Part shown: positions 50,407 through 64,000 of the stretch, one piece after another
Layout of the letters: every line of letters begins with the position of its first letter
How positions within the stretch are numbered: the stretch's first letter is position 1
Assembly (NCBI GenBank): GCA_964016885.1
Contig: OZ024740.1
Span: forward strand, 240,498,001-240,562,000
From: Eledone cirrhosa
Taxonomy: Eukaryota
Length of the DNA: 64,000 nucleotides
Direction: 5' to 3'
Notes under the pieces: model-generated
The model's database searches: none
What the model saw: only the letters and a program-made list of their open reading frames with translations
What the model was told of the DNA's origin: nothing
Translations under genes and position numbers: made by a program

Positions 50407-50937
50407 TCAAAGGGCAATCACGAAAAAGATAGATGGCATGTCAGACCTTGACTACTGGGGTCGATTAGAAAACCTGAAACTTTACTCACTCCAACGTCGC
50501 CGTGAGCGTTATATTATCTGCATGATGTGGAAAATGTTCCATCATCACTGCCCAAATGATGTTGGCATCGCCTTCAAGATACACCCAAGGCTTGGGCCCC
50601 GTGCTATCCGTCCCATTCAAAAATCTAAATCGCAACTCATAACAACAATACGGCACAATTATTTCACCTCAATCGGCCCTGCTCTCTTCAACAGCACACC
50701 AGGACACGTCAAAACAGAAACTGACCACACAAAATTCAAGAAGTCTTTGGACAAATTCCTCCAAGTAATCCCGGACAAACCACCCACACCCGGATATGTC
50801 TCCGCAAACAGTAATTCTCTTCTCGAATGGGCCATGGTGCCCAAATCCTGAATTGAAAGACTTCGCCAGGTGGTGCTATTAAGTTAGACATGGCCTGGGC
50901 CAATACTGGCCAAAACATTTCAAAGTTATTCAAAGTT
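50407..50937 (+). mobile_element. CR1-group LINE 3' fragment
   Basis: [35 protein letters not shown]...GPALFN..P...[10 protein letters not shown]-terminus; short UTR and (TTCAAAGTTA)2 tail. Confidence 0.85.
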
Positions 50938-50949
50938 ATATATATATAC

Positions 50950-50996
<47 letters not shown>

Positions 50997-51085
50997 CATA
51001 TATATATATACATATATATATATATACATATATATATATACATATATATATATATACATATATATATATACATATATATATATAC

Positions 51086-51116
<31 letters not shown>

Positions 51117-51278
51117 CATATATACATATATATATATATACATATATATATATACATATATATATATACATATATATATATATACATATATATATGTATA
51201 TATATATATGTATATATATATATATGTATATATATATATGTATATATATATATGTATATATATATATATGTATATATG

Positions 51279-51309
<31 letters not shown>

Positions 51310-51597
51310 GTATATATATATATGTATATATATATATGTATATATATATATATGTATATATATATACATATATATATATATATACATATATACATATATA
51401 TATATATACATATATACATATATATATATATACATATATATATACATATATATATACATATATATATACACGTATATATATACATATATATATACACATA
51501 TATATATATACATATATATATACATATATATATACACATATATATATACATATATATATACATATATATATATACATATACATATAGATATATATAT

Positions 51598-52187
51598 GGT
51601 GGCTGCCAACTCGTTTTCGAGTACGGCCACTACTTTATATCCATGTAGGAGAACCCCTACCGATGCGCAGAACGAGTGTGACTTTTTAGTCCAGTCAGCG
51701 ACTTGAAAACTCTGGTACAAACACTACACTTGTGACAACTATTGACACATAGTGCTGGGCCCATGGTACCATGTGACGGCAAGTGCAGAGAGATCTCCAG
51801 ATATAAAGCAATGCCTGTGCCATGAAGCTTTTATAGTGAGCAAAGGCACTGCACAAAGCCAGTCCCACTCTCTTAACCAAGATGATATTTACCAAAAAGA
51901 AGAACAAGTCAACATCATTGGATACCATCAGGGTTGCAGGTGTTATATCAGAGTTTTCCTTCTCCTAGAATTCTGCCTTGACAAAGGCTAAGGGGTCATC
52001 TCTCCCAGTGATTTTGGATGGCCATTGACTCTTAAGAGCTCCTTTGCCCTGTGACAGGTTTTGTTTTTAGTCCTGCAGGATGTCCAAAGTCACCCTCCTC
52101 ACCAAGAAACCTTAGTGGGGTTGCCAGTTTAGTCGCCAACGACCCGACCATGAGACAGGTTGTACTGGGATACATGTTACCAGTAGC
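51598..52187 (-). mobile_element. Repeat fragment homologous to the leader of the RTE-X-like relic
   Basis: Shares TTGGATGGCC..GACAG.TTTTGTTTT..GTCACCCTCCTCACCAAG..CTT.GTGGGGTTGC with 23425-23560; bracketed by TA microsatellite. Confidence 0.6.
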
Positions 52188-52371
52188 ACATATATATATA
52201 CATATATATACATATACATATAGATATATATATACATATATATATACATATACATATATATATACATATACATATATATATACATATACATATATATATA
52301 CATATATATATATATATACATATATATATACATATACATATATATATACATATATATATATATACATATAT

Positions 52372-52406
<35 letters not shown>

Positions 52407-52992
52407 TATATACATATATATATATACATATATATACATATATATATACATATATATATACATATATATATATACATATATATATATACATATATATATA
52501 TATACATATATATATACATATATATATACATATATATATACATATATATATATACATATATATATATACATATATATATACATATATATATATACATATA
52601 TATATATACATATATATATACATATATATATACATATATATATATACATATATATATACATATACATATACATATATATATACATATACATATATACATA
52701 TATATATATATACATATATATATACATATACATATATATATACATATATATATACATATATATATATACATATATATATACATATATATATATACATATA
52801 TATATACATATATATATACATATATATATATACATATATACATATATATATACATATATATATATACATATATATATACATATATATATACATATATATA
52901 TACATATATATATACATATATATATATACATATATATATACATATATATATACATTTTATATACATATATATATATACATATATATATATAC

Positions 52993-53037
<45 letters not shown>

Positions 53038-53204
53038 TACATATACATATACATATATATATATATACATATATATATATACATATATATACATATATAT
53101 ATACATATATATATACATATATATATACATATATATATATACATATATATATACATATATATATACATATATATATACATATATATATATATACATATAT
53201 ATAC

Positions 53205-53237
<33 letters not shown>

Positions 53238-53260
53238 CATATATATATACATATATATAC

Positions 53261-53311
<51 letters not shown>

Positions 53312-53322
53312 CATATATATAC

Positions 53323-53371
<49 letters not shown>

Positions 53372-53636
53372 CATATATATATATACATATATATATATAC
53401 ATATATATATATACATATATATATATACATATATATATATACATATATATATATACATATATATATACACATATATATATACACATATATATATACACAT
53501 ATATATATACACATATATATATACACATATATATATACACATATATATATACATATATATATATACATATATATATATACATATATATATATACATATAT
53601 ATATATACATATATATATATACATATATATATATAC

Positions 53637-53721
<85 letters not shown>

Positions 53722-53830
53722 CATATATACATATATATATATATACATATATATATATACATATATATATATATACATATATATATATACATATATATAT
53801 ACATATATATATATACATATATATAGATAC

Positions 53831-53875
<45 letters not shown>

Positions 53876-53959
53876 CATATATATAGATACATATATATAT
53901 ATACATATATATACATATATATATATACATATATATATATACATACATATATATACATA

Positions 53960-53997
<38 letters not shown>

Positions 53998-54008
53998 CAT
54001 ATATATAG

Positions 54009-54039
<31 letters not shown>

Positions 54040-54058
54040 CATATATATATATACATAC

Positions 54059-54126
<68 letters not shown>

Positions 54127-54196
54127 ACATATATATACATATACATATATATACATATACATATATATACATATATATATATATACATATATATAC

Positions 54197-54229
<33 letters not shown>

Positions 54230-54244
54230 CATATATATATATAC

Positions 54245-54309
<65 letters not shown>

Positions 54310-54430
54310 CATATATATACATATATATATATACATATATATACATATATACATATACATATATACATATATATACATATATACATATATATACATATAT
54401 ACATATATATACATATATATACATATATAC

Positions 54431-54525
<95 letters not shown>

Positions 54526-54538
54526 CATATATATATAC

Positions 54539-54570
<32 letters not shown>

Positions 54571-54610
54571 ACATATACATATATATATATACATATATAT
54601 ACATATACAT

Positions 54611-54644
<34 letters not shown>

Positions 54645-54676
54645 ATACATATATATACATATACATATATATATAC

Positions 54677-54725
<49 letters not shown>

Positions 54726-54828
54726 CATATATATATTTATATACATATATATATACATATATATATACATATACATATATATATACATATATACATATAC
54801 ATATACATATATACATATATACATATAC

Positions 54829-54859
<31 letters not shown>

Positions 54860-54894
54860 CATATATATACATACATATATATATATATATATAT
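52188..54894. repeat. 2.7-kb imperfect (TA)n/(TATACA)n microsatellite
   Basis: TA repeat interrupted by CA. Similar tracts at 40800-40907, 41794-41968, 45517-45758, 46092-46631, 50224-50406, 50938-51597 and 56132-56220. Confidence 0.97.
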
Positions 54895-56131
54895 ATCTAT
54901 GGTAGAACTAGAGAATAAATTCCAAACCTGGAAGCAGGGACTAGAGAGAAAGGGCCTCAAAGTCAACATGACAAAGACTAAGGTCCTTATAAGTAGACGA
55001 GAAAACAGAACCCAGATCCCCTCAGGGAAATGGCCTTGCTCAGTATGTAGGAAAGGTGTAGGTAGGAACTCCATTCTTTGCCCCAAATGCAAACAATGGG
55101 TACACAAGAGATGTAGCGGGATCTCAGGAAGCTTAATTAAGAATGTAGGATTCACATGCAGCAGCTGTGCTGAAACAGCAAGCAAACAGCCACAGGAAAC
55201 AAGTACCACCAATCTCTGGGAGGGCCCTGTAGAAACAGTAGACAGCTTCTGCTACCTAGGTGACCGAATTAGCAACGGAGGTGGGTGCTCAGAAAGTACA
55301 ATAACTAGGGTAAGAACGGGATGGAAGAAGTTTAGGGAACTACTACCACTGCTAGCTGCAAAAGGCTTCTCCCTCAGAATGAAAGGCAGACTGTATGATG
55401 CGTGTATCCGAACAGCGATGTTGCATGGTAGTGAGACCTGGGCGCTGAAGGTGGAAGACTTACGTAGATTAGAGAGAAACGAAGCCTGCATGCTCCGATG
55501 GATGTGTAACAGTAATATACGTGAACGACAAAGCATAAATGAATTGAGAGAGAGACTGAGCATAAGAGGAATCAAATGCTGCGTGCAGGAGAGGCGGTTA
55601 CGCTGGTATGGACATGTGATGCGTATGAAGGATGACAGCTGCATAAAAAGGTGCAGAGCACTAGAAGTTGATGGAAACCGCGGAGTGGGGAGACCCAAGA
55701 TGACTTGGGATGAGGTGATAAAAGCCGACCTTACCCAACTACACCTCTCAAAGTCAATGACACACGACCGTGACTTCTGGCGTCACGCAGTAATACAGGG
55801 TACCCGACCTCCCATGGGTACATGCTGAAGCATATAAACAATATGCCCCCCCCCCCCCCCACCGCAAGGTGGTCGTGGAGGTGCCACGGCAAAAAAGCAC
55901 CCAGCCCACACTGTAAAGTGGACGTGTAGGCGCCACGAAAAAGCACCCAGCACTCACTGTAAATGAGGTTGGTGTTAGGAAGGGCATCCAGCTGTAGAAA
56001 TCAAGCCAGATCAGTTCCTGTATGAGCAAGGCATGGTCAGCCGACCAGACACTGCCCACAACAGGACAACCCGTCTAACCCATGCTAGCGTGGAAGAACG
56101 GACGTAAAACGGTGATGATGATGATGATGAT
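54895..56131 (+). mobile_element. 5'-truncated RTE family A copy (1.2 kb)
   Basis: The 309-aa ORF equals the C-terminus of 46802-49921; differs from the full copy in C-run length and AAAACGG vs AAAACAG near the tail. Confidence 0.95.
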
Positions 56132-56139
56132 ATATATAC

Positions 56140-56212
<73 letters not shown>

Positions 56213-56228
56213 TAGATAGATATTATAT

Positions 56229-56599
56229 GGAGGCACATGGCTTAGTGGCTAGAGCATTGGCCTTGTAATCGAAAGGTTGTGAGTTCAATTCTCGAACCGG
56301 GTGATGTGTTGTTTCCTTGAGCAAGACACTTTATTTCACATTGCTCCAGTTTACTCAGCTGTAGAAATGAGATGATAGGGACTGCAAAGTGGTCGTGGAG
56401 GTGCCATGGCAAAAAAGCACCCAGCCCACACTGTAAAGTAGACGTGTAGGCGCCACGGAAAAAAAAGCACCCAACACTCACTGCAAATGAGATTGGTGTT
56501 AGGAAGAGCATCCAGCTGTAGAAATCAAACCAGAATCAGTTCCCATCCCACCCTTGCAAGCAGGAAAAGTGGATGTAAAATGATGATGATGATGATGAT
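56229..56599 (+). mobile_element. SINE family 2 copy
   Basis: Homologous to 45759-46091 but carries two 3' modules. Confidence 0.88.
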
Positions 56600-56610
56600 A
56601 TATATATATA

Positions 56611-56905
56611 TCATCATCATCGTTTTACATCCATTTTCCACACTAGCATGGGTTAGACGAGTTGTCCTGTTGTAGGCAATGCCAGGTCAAGTGACCATGT
56701 CTTGCTCATACAGAACTGATTTTGGCTTGATTTCTACAGCTGGATGCCCTTCCTAATGCCAACCTCATTTACAGTGAGTATTGGGTGCTTTTTGTTGTGA
56801 CACCTACACAACCACTTTACAGTAGAAGTGGGTGAGGCATACTGTATATATGCTTCAGGTTCAGGCTGTATCTGCGGGATGTCGGGTCTTCTGTATTACT
56901 GTGTA
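56611..56905 (-). mobile_element. Older RTE-A-like 3' fragment, tail-to-tail with the adjacent SINE
   Basis: (CAT)n followed by the reverse complement of the RTE-A 3' UTR. Confidence 0.8.
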
Positions 56906-57008
56906 ACGCCAGAGATCTCATATATATATATGGAAAATGTAAATTAAATGGTGGTTGTGATGATGATATATACACAGTTGGATAGATACAAAAACAAATG
57001 AAACTTAC

Positions 57009-57155
57009 TGTGACTAAATTATCTCTAACAAATGGTGTTAATAGATAACTTTTTAATGAAAGCATGATATTTTCAAAATCCATAGCAGAGATATAGCCAG
57101 TCTTATCGTTATCAAGACGTTTGAAAGCTTGTAGGGCATGTTCTTCATGAAAGTC
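57009..57155 (-). CDS. SLC25A12: Aralar/citrin exon C (147 nt)
   Basis: DFHEEHALQAFKRLDNDKTGYISAMDFENIMLSLKSYLLTPFVRDNLVT; TAG acceptor, GTAAGT donor; EF-hand-like; phase 0-0. Confidence 0.95.
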
Positions 57156-59064
57156 CTACAATGGTCAAAAAGAAAATATGGTAAGACAAACAATAACAAA
57201 AAAGAGAAACATCCTATAAAGGCCTACAAATATTTTTTTAAATGCTCTAAAATCCTTATTGTATACATTAATATTGCTAATATTGCTAATATTGTTGTGA
57301 TTTGGTTTGATTTGTTTACTTTTAATGACATCACAAATGAATTAAATTAAATAACCTATGGATAACATCAAAATATAAATTAATTTCTGTATTAATTTAG
57401 ACTCTAGATTCTTTAAGTTTTCCTTAATGGATATTCTGATATTTATTATGTTCAAAGCTAATTGAGTTAGAAGAGTTTTGTAACATAAGCAACAAACATT
57501 GAGGATACTAAATATATATATAGAGAGAGTACATGTTTGCTTTAATATTGTTTTTTGAGTGGGGAATTGGTGCTTGCTGTTTTGCATAACTTAGAAACGA
57601 AAAGTCAACATTCCTACCTTTCGTCAGGGTCTCTGACACAAATAGATGGAAAGAATTATTCTCAGACAAGAGACCTGGCTCAAGTATTTGCGAAGGAGGA
57701 AACCCAAGAACTAGGTGGTGGTCTTAACCCAGGCAACATATCAAGTCTACCACCTAAGAACAGGAATAAAACCTATAACAATGGGCTTCCATGCAGGTTC
57801 TATCTCTCAAATTTCACACACAAGGTTTTGATCAGCTCAAGGTTATGATAGAAGTCATTTACCTAAATTATCATGCAATAGAACTAAACTTAAAACCATG
57901 TGATTGGGAAGCAAATTTCACAACCACATCTATGATTGCACCAATGTACACATGAACATATGCATAAAAATATAGCATTCTTAGATAGTTATTATTATTA
58001 ACAATAAAGTTTTTATAGTCATTTGATCATATTTTGTATTTCTTTCATAAATATTATATTTTTCCATGAAATATATTCTTTCATAAATATTATATTTTTC
58101 CATGAAGTATATTAAATATTTCAATTGTTAGATACTACCTAACATGCTATTAACTAAATGGTATTCAAATGAAGTTAGGCGTCATAGTGAAATACAGTTC
58201 ATGCCAATGAACAAAGTTAGGATAATATAGGTAAGGCTTCTATTATTTCCCAGTTATGCACATAAATTCATCCCTGTATGAAGCTTGGAAAAAGAGATAG
58301 TCTTCACCAAGTCAACATACTCCAAATACACTACATGCAGATGACATGAGATGGATTCTAGAAAATACTAATAACTGGTCTTAAAATATCCAGTACCATT
58401 ATTAGTCTTTTCCAAGAGATTCTAACATTTCAAAACAGCTTTCAGGAAAAAGCCTACACACTATTCTGTGAGTGGTAAATTTTATCTGTACTCTCTAAAC
58501 CTACATGAAAAAAAGGTTTAAGCCTTAAGACACTAATTTAAGTTGCATACCTAAGAATTTATAAAATTAAAGAATCATTAATTTCTCAACTTAGATGCAT
58601 CTTCCCATGTTCTCATACACTTCCAATTTTCACATTACTAAAAATGTTCCTTGCCTCTACAATACACTATCACTCAACATACCAGAAGAGAGCAGCCAAA
58701 CAAAAATCTTCAAAAAAAAAAAAAAACATTACATCTTATTGTTTTCTAAATTAGACATATATGTTAAATGTAATTTGGGATACACTATGTCTAATTCAAA
58801 GACAGGATTGCCATGGCTTGAATGCCTTTGTCAGCTCGATAAGGGTTGTCACAGAGCTAAGCAACAAGAATTACAACCTCAGCAGTACAAAATTATATCT
58901 GAACCATTTATATTCATACTTCTTGCAATAAGTGAATTATCATTCTGTGATCAAGTATGATGAATGATCTAAAATTCAAACCATAGATAACTATATTTCC
59001 CTGTATATTAAGCAGTTTAGAAGTCTTTGAATTATGATAGTCAAAGACTAGATTATATAATAAA

Positions 59065-59851
59065 CTAGCAGAATAGCCCGGCGTTGCTCGGGCTTCTAAA
59101 CATAGATTGGCATGTTTATCCCTCCTTTCTGAAACAGTACAGAGAAGTACGGAATACCCCGGCCTGGAGATGGTGTCTACATTTTGTGCTTATAAAAAAA
59201 ATTTGTCATAGATTACCAGGGGTTTAACTTAATTGGGTGTCTGAGAGTAAAATGTTCAACCCACAAAAGCCAGGAGGATAGGGTTAAGTAAAAAGGCATT
59301 TGACAAACCGAACATGTATTTGTTGTGCTATGGTACAATGAAAGCAATAGTTACAGAGCAGTAAGCATGTGGGACTGCAGAGAGCATGAAGGAATTTAGT
59401 TGGATACCTTTGCAAGCAGGGAAAAGCGGACGTAAAATGATGATGATGATGATGACCTTTAAGGTTACAAAAATCTACCCAATCTGATATAGACCGAACT
59501 GTTATATCGGATGCCGAACGCTTCGGAGTTACTATTGGGGTTACTATCAACAATTTCAAGGGATATACGGTTAAAGAGAGGTAACTCTTTCAAAATACTA
59601 AAGAGTTGTCTCTCTTGAACATTGTAGACAAAATTGCCGACAAAAAGAGCTTAAAGTTTTAGTGAAAAAATGCCTTTAACAACAGAAAATTGAAAAATAA
59701 AAGCTACAGTTAATATCTTTAGACCGCAAGGAATATATAAATGCAAGTTTGAAGTCAATCGGAGTAGAAATGTGGATTTGTATAGACTTTGCCAAAATTA
59801 GGACACACACAGACACACACACCCAACTACAGTTTTATATATATGTATAGA
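59065..59851 (-). mobile_element. Non-autonomous Helitron
   Basis: 5' A|TCTATACATATATATAAAA; 3' hairpin CCCGAGCAACGCCGGG then CTAG|T; no TSD; contains a short SINE/RTE tail insertion at about 59407-59455. Confidence 0.85.
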
Positions 59852-59870
59852 TGACAAAAGATAAACTTAC

Positions 59871-60010
59871 ATGGATTAGCTGGGTGAATTCAGCATAAGA
59901 AACTTTTCGATTTTTTTCCTTTCCAAAATGTAATTGTAAAAAATCCCCATCAAAATTGAAGGGAATTTTACCATGTAAAGTTGTATGTTTAATAATGTTG
60001 ACAAATTCAT
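59871..60010 (-). CDS. SLC25A12: Aralar/citrin exon B (140 nt)
   Basis: DEFVNIIKHTTLHGKIPFNFDGDFLQLHFGKEKNRKVSYAEFTQLIH; TTTTTCAG acceptor, GTAAGT donor; matches the aralar IPFNW..F..LHFG motif. Confidence 0.95.
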
Positions 60011-61477
60011 CTGAAAAATTAAATTATTCCATTTCATTTTAAGTAAAAAAACATTTCTTAACTTTCTCTTTGAATAAGAACAGAAAATACTACTGTAAAT
60101 CCTTCTTATGGTCTTCGTTACACAGAAAAAGAACATGCACCTAACTAGTTTGAAACAAAGATAAAAAACAGTTAATATCTATCTTTAAACATTGAAAACT
60201 AGAATTGTCTCTCTACAGTAAATATATATACCAAGTGTCTCAAAAATGGGACAATGTTTCACTGTGTACTTTCTCTTCGAAAATTAATGAGAAAACTATT
60301 GAGAAATAAAGGCAAACCATAGTACAAACAGTATAACCTAAACCTTACATTTTAACACTGAGCAACCTTTCCTACCCTGAATTTATTAAATAACTAATTG
60401 TAGCCCAGAGTTTTCCTTTGGACATACAGAAACACACACACGTTTTTTCCACAATTACTGGCAGACTTGTGCTTAAAATTCCCCTTCCCCCACAGTGTAG
60501 TGACAACTCTCCCTACCTATCTATCTATCTTTCATACACACACACACACACACACTCTCTCTCTTTATTTCTCATTCAACAACAACCACCACCACCTGTC
60601 ATTATAGTGAAAGTCTTTTTTAAGTCTGTGTTGCATTGTTGGAGACATAGAAACAAACACCCAAACAAACTATTTTTTTCATTTGTTCTGATTTTACGCT
60701 TTAGTTAGTGGAGTAAGAAGTGGGGTAGTATTTCCCTCTCTCAATATAAACAGTGTGGCAGACAGACAGAAGCAGCTCTTATTACAGTATAGATTGGTCA
60801 TCATAATATATATAAAATGTTAAGTCAGACATCAGGTTTTTTTGTTGGTTAGTTTCCTTTTTTCTGGAAGAAGACAGCAGTAGCAGTAGTGAGCAAGGTA
60901 AAGGAAAAAAGAAATAAATTATTATAAAGAGTTGTTGATTAGATAGGTATGGGGTTGACAGTTTGTGAGACAAGCAGTCGTAGAAAAAGACAGTTAAATA
61001 TAGAAACATAAAAAACATCAATGTCTCTAGATCTCAGTAATTTGTCAAGTCAGCCTCTAATAAATTAAATTTCAAAATTATTTTCTATGTTGGTTGGATA
61101 AAAATCCCAGCAAATTCAAAAAACCTTTTGCATAATTTATTGGAACTAGTATTTTATGGCTGAATACCCTTCCTAATAGCACTCAACATTGCCTGTGTTC
61201 AGCAAGGTTAATTTAAATCTATAAATCTAACATAGATAGAGCTAAACACTTCACCTGAAGACACCAACTTATTGGTGAGTTGTAACTCTTTTTAGGAAAG
61301 TCAGATATCAACATCCTCTCTTTTCAAAAGAAGAACATAAAACATTCACACCTTTAAAATTGTTTTTCAACAAACAGTATCGCAGCTAAGAAGATTGTAC
61401 AAGGTTGTGATTGCAAATAGTTTACATTTTCAATTCAGCAGGTAACTCTAATGCATTATGATTATCTATACAAAAGG

Positions 61478-61893
61478 CCAATGTACACATGATCATATGC
61501 ATAAAAATATAGCATTCTTAGATAGTTATTATTATTAACAATAAAGTTTTTATAGTCATTTGATCATGTTTTGTATTTCTTTCATAAATATTATATTTTT
61601 CCATGAAATATATTAAATATTTCAATTGTTAGATACTACCTAACATGCTATTAACTAAATGGTATTCAAATGAAGTTAGGCGTCATAGTGAAATACAGTT
61701 CATGCCAATGAACAAAGTTAGGATAATATAGGTATGGCTTCTATTATTTCCCAGTTATGCACATAAATTCATCCCTGTATGAAGCTTGGAAAAAGAGATA
61801 GTCTTCACCAAGTCAACATACTCCAAATACACTACATGCAGATGACATGAGATGGATTCTAGAAAATACTAATAACTGGTCTTAAAATATCCA
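61478..61893 (+). repeat. Direct duplicate of 57941-58392
   Basis: 416 bp near-identical; the other copy has an extra 36-nt tandem duplication; this copy is bracketed by a 27-nt direct repeat. Confidence 0.92.
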
Positions 61894-62775
61894 TTATGAT
61901 TATCTATACAAAAGGCCAGCAATTATCCCAATGTATAAAGCACCAGTAATACACTGGGATAATTACTGGCCTTGTGCCAAAAGTAGAAACAATTATCTAT
62001 ACAAAAAGTAATCAGATAAAACTACTCAGGTTTCTAGAGCACATACCAGAAAAAAAAAAAGAGCTATTTTTCATCCTCGATAGGATATTGTGGTATGTAA
62101 CTACTGAAATTTCAACCTATCATAAGTATTCAGAGAATTTTGATAAATGAGAAATTGAAATATAATAGTTGCTTCAAAGATAGTAATATAGCTGCAAAAT
62201 TTATTTTTTAACTGAAAAAAGAAAAACCACTTTTGTAACTTATATGTTCAATCTATTGTCTCTCTATCAACTGTGTGTCTGTTTCCTTATGCATTCTCAA
62301 ACGGCTCAATCAAATCAGATTTTATCAGGTAATAGTATGAGAGACCCCAAGATGAACAACATGTAATTTATATTTTCATTTGGATTTTATCTAAAATAAC
62401 CTTTCTATAGTCAACTATAGTAAATGACATTTTATAACACGATGACGACATCACATTTTGTGAGTGTGCGTGTGTTAGGCCTTGGTAAGTTGCATAGAGA
62501 ATTAAACACACACACATACATATGTGTATAAGTGTATGTAAGAGTGTATGTGTGTGTGAGTATACATACATTTCTGTGACGACTGACACACACATCTAAA
62601 GAGAGAGACACAGCGGGAGAGGCAGAGAGAGAGATAGTGACGTCACACAAAAGTCTAGAATCGGCTTAAACTATAGATAAAGTATCAGTTGAATATTTAA
62701 CAATATTGCGTTAGCTTTTATAAAGCGTTCATATGTGTGTGTGGGGGGGGGGGTGTATCTGTGTGTGCGCGTGTA

Positions 62776-62831
<56 letters not shown>

Positions 62832-63327
62832 TGTGTGTAGCAGAGGTATATAGTCCAGATGACCCAGAAACATGTTGATTGTTCCTCAAAGCCAGTGTTG
62901 AACAAACAGGTGACGATCGGTCACCGGCACGGCACAGCTTCAAATTGGGCCGTTTGTTTACAAATGAATCGAACATTATTATTAATATTTGATATAACCC
63001 ATACGTACATATGTATATGTATATGTATATATATATGTGTGTGTACGTGTGCATACTTACATTTATGTATCAGCTGTGCTAGGGTGAGAAATAAAATTCT
63101 AATTTTATTTTTTCTATAAAGTCGTTTTACACCAGTCTTTGATTTTACTGAACACAGAAAAAATTGATACTATTTGAAATTAATCTACAGTGTTTATTAA
63201 TTTAGCTTTTTGAGGATAGTGTCATGTTATTATTGATCTAATTCAGAATATGAGATGGGAAACAGAAAGGTTAAGACAACAAGAAAGACGATCGCAATAA
63301 ACAGAGGTTCAATATGAAAATCACCAA

Positions 63328-63744
63328 GTGGCAATGGCAGTTGCGATGCAAACTCGACGAGCACAAACAACTCTTCAAGGCAGAATAAACTGGCTTAGGG
63401 CTGCATTTTCATATGATCCATTGAAGAATTATGGAAATGATTCTAAAGTCACAATTGGTAGAATGGATATTACACTTGGCATGTGTAGCTTAGGAGGAAT
63501 GGTTAGACTTCCACTGATAGAGGACCCTCCAGCTTTTATCCATATACTGCTTACAGACCATACTAATGAAGCTAAACACTTCAGAAGCAATGTTATGTGG
63601 TATATTGCTGCATTTCAGATGGCGTCCTTTGGAGTTGAAAAAGGTCATACTGACTCTGGTTATTTCACTACATTTAAAATCCAAGGCCAATGCTACCATT
63701 TAATTGGCAGTTTACTCACCCAGCCTAATAAAGAAGTTTTATGA
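63328..63744 (+). mobile_element. Helitron Rep/helicase N-terminal relic
   Basis: G.VRLP..EDPP...LL......KHFRSN...Y..AFQMASFG....GYFTTFKIQGQCYHLIGSLL is characteristic of Helitron RepHel. Confidence 0.85.
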
Positions 63745-63757
63745 TTGTTTTTTTATG

Positions 63758-63789
<32 letters not shown>

Positions 63790-63952
63790 ATTATGGTCTC
63801 ACCTCATACTGCAAACCAGACAACACATCCAATACAGTCATTTTCTCTTTCATCTGTCTTCTCTAAACTGTTCTCCCAGGTGAAGCCAGGTACCTCAGCT
63901 AATACTTAATAATTTACAAGGACAGTGTCAATAACAATAACTTAAAACATAC

Positions 63953-64000
63953 CACAGGTGATGTAGCCATTGCCATTTTGATCAAAAATGGTAAAAGCCA
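63953..64000 (-). CDS. SLC25A12: Aralar/citrin mitochondrial aspartate/glutamate carrier, exon A (partial, runs off right edge; EF-hand)
   Basis: Translates AFTIFDQNGNGYITC, an EF-hand loop DxNxNG. Donor G|GTATGT; phase 1 matches the next exon. Confidence 0.9.

Noticed and set aside
50736-55212. Very long ORFs rich in I, Y, M, C, H and T (up to 946 aa)
   Set aside because: Translations of TA/CA microsatellite, which lacks stop codons; not genes. The same applies at 40727-42039 and 45451-46729.
54895-56131. Assembly duplication of the 3' end of the full-length RTE-A
   Set aside because: Different downstream neighbours and small sequence differences favour an independent insertion; long reads would settle it.

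Overview
Animal genomic DNA, AT-rich and dense in (TA)n/(TATACA)n microsatellites. The repeat content suggests an octopus or related cephalopod, but this is an inference from recalled repeat families and was not verified. The whole window lies inside one minus-strand gene, the Ca2+-binding mitochondrial aspartate/glutamate carrier (aralar/citrin, SLC25A12/13 orthologue). I reconstructed 13 GT-AG exons in continuous frame (63953-64000 partial, down to 10010-10100; about 1570 coding nt). The first exons are beyond the right edge and the usual last exon was not found. Several strongly flanked microexon candidates (9, 18, 24, 3 and 44 nt) sit in its introns. The introns hold many mobile elements: a Dong/R4 RLE retrotransposon, two RTE LINE families each with an intact copy, and fragments of CR1, CRE, RTE-X and Tigger. 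They also contain two tRNA-headed SINE families, a 5S-headed SINE-like unit, Helitrons, and piggyBac- and Tc1/mariner-type MITEs. Most notable are: (i) two unrelated foldback elements in TA microsatellites that carry hammerhead-ribozyme folds (Penelope pLTR-like); (ii) RTE ORFs with a C4HC3 PHD finger inserted inside the RT domain; (iii) a pseudoknot-plus-hairpin module repeated 1-4 times in RTE 3' UTRs and their SINE; (iv) a ~17 kb nest of retroelements each bracketed by TA microsatellite. Most short ORFs in the supplied track, and all the IYIY/YMY ones, are spurious.
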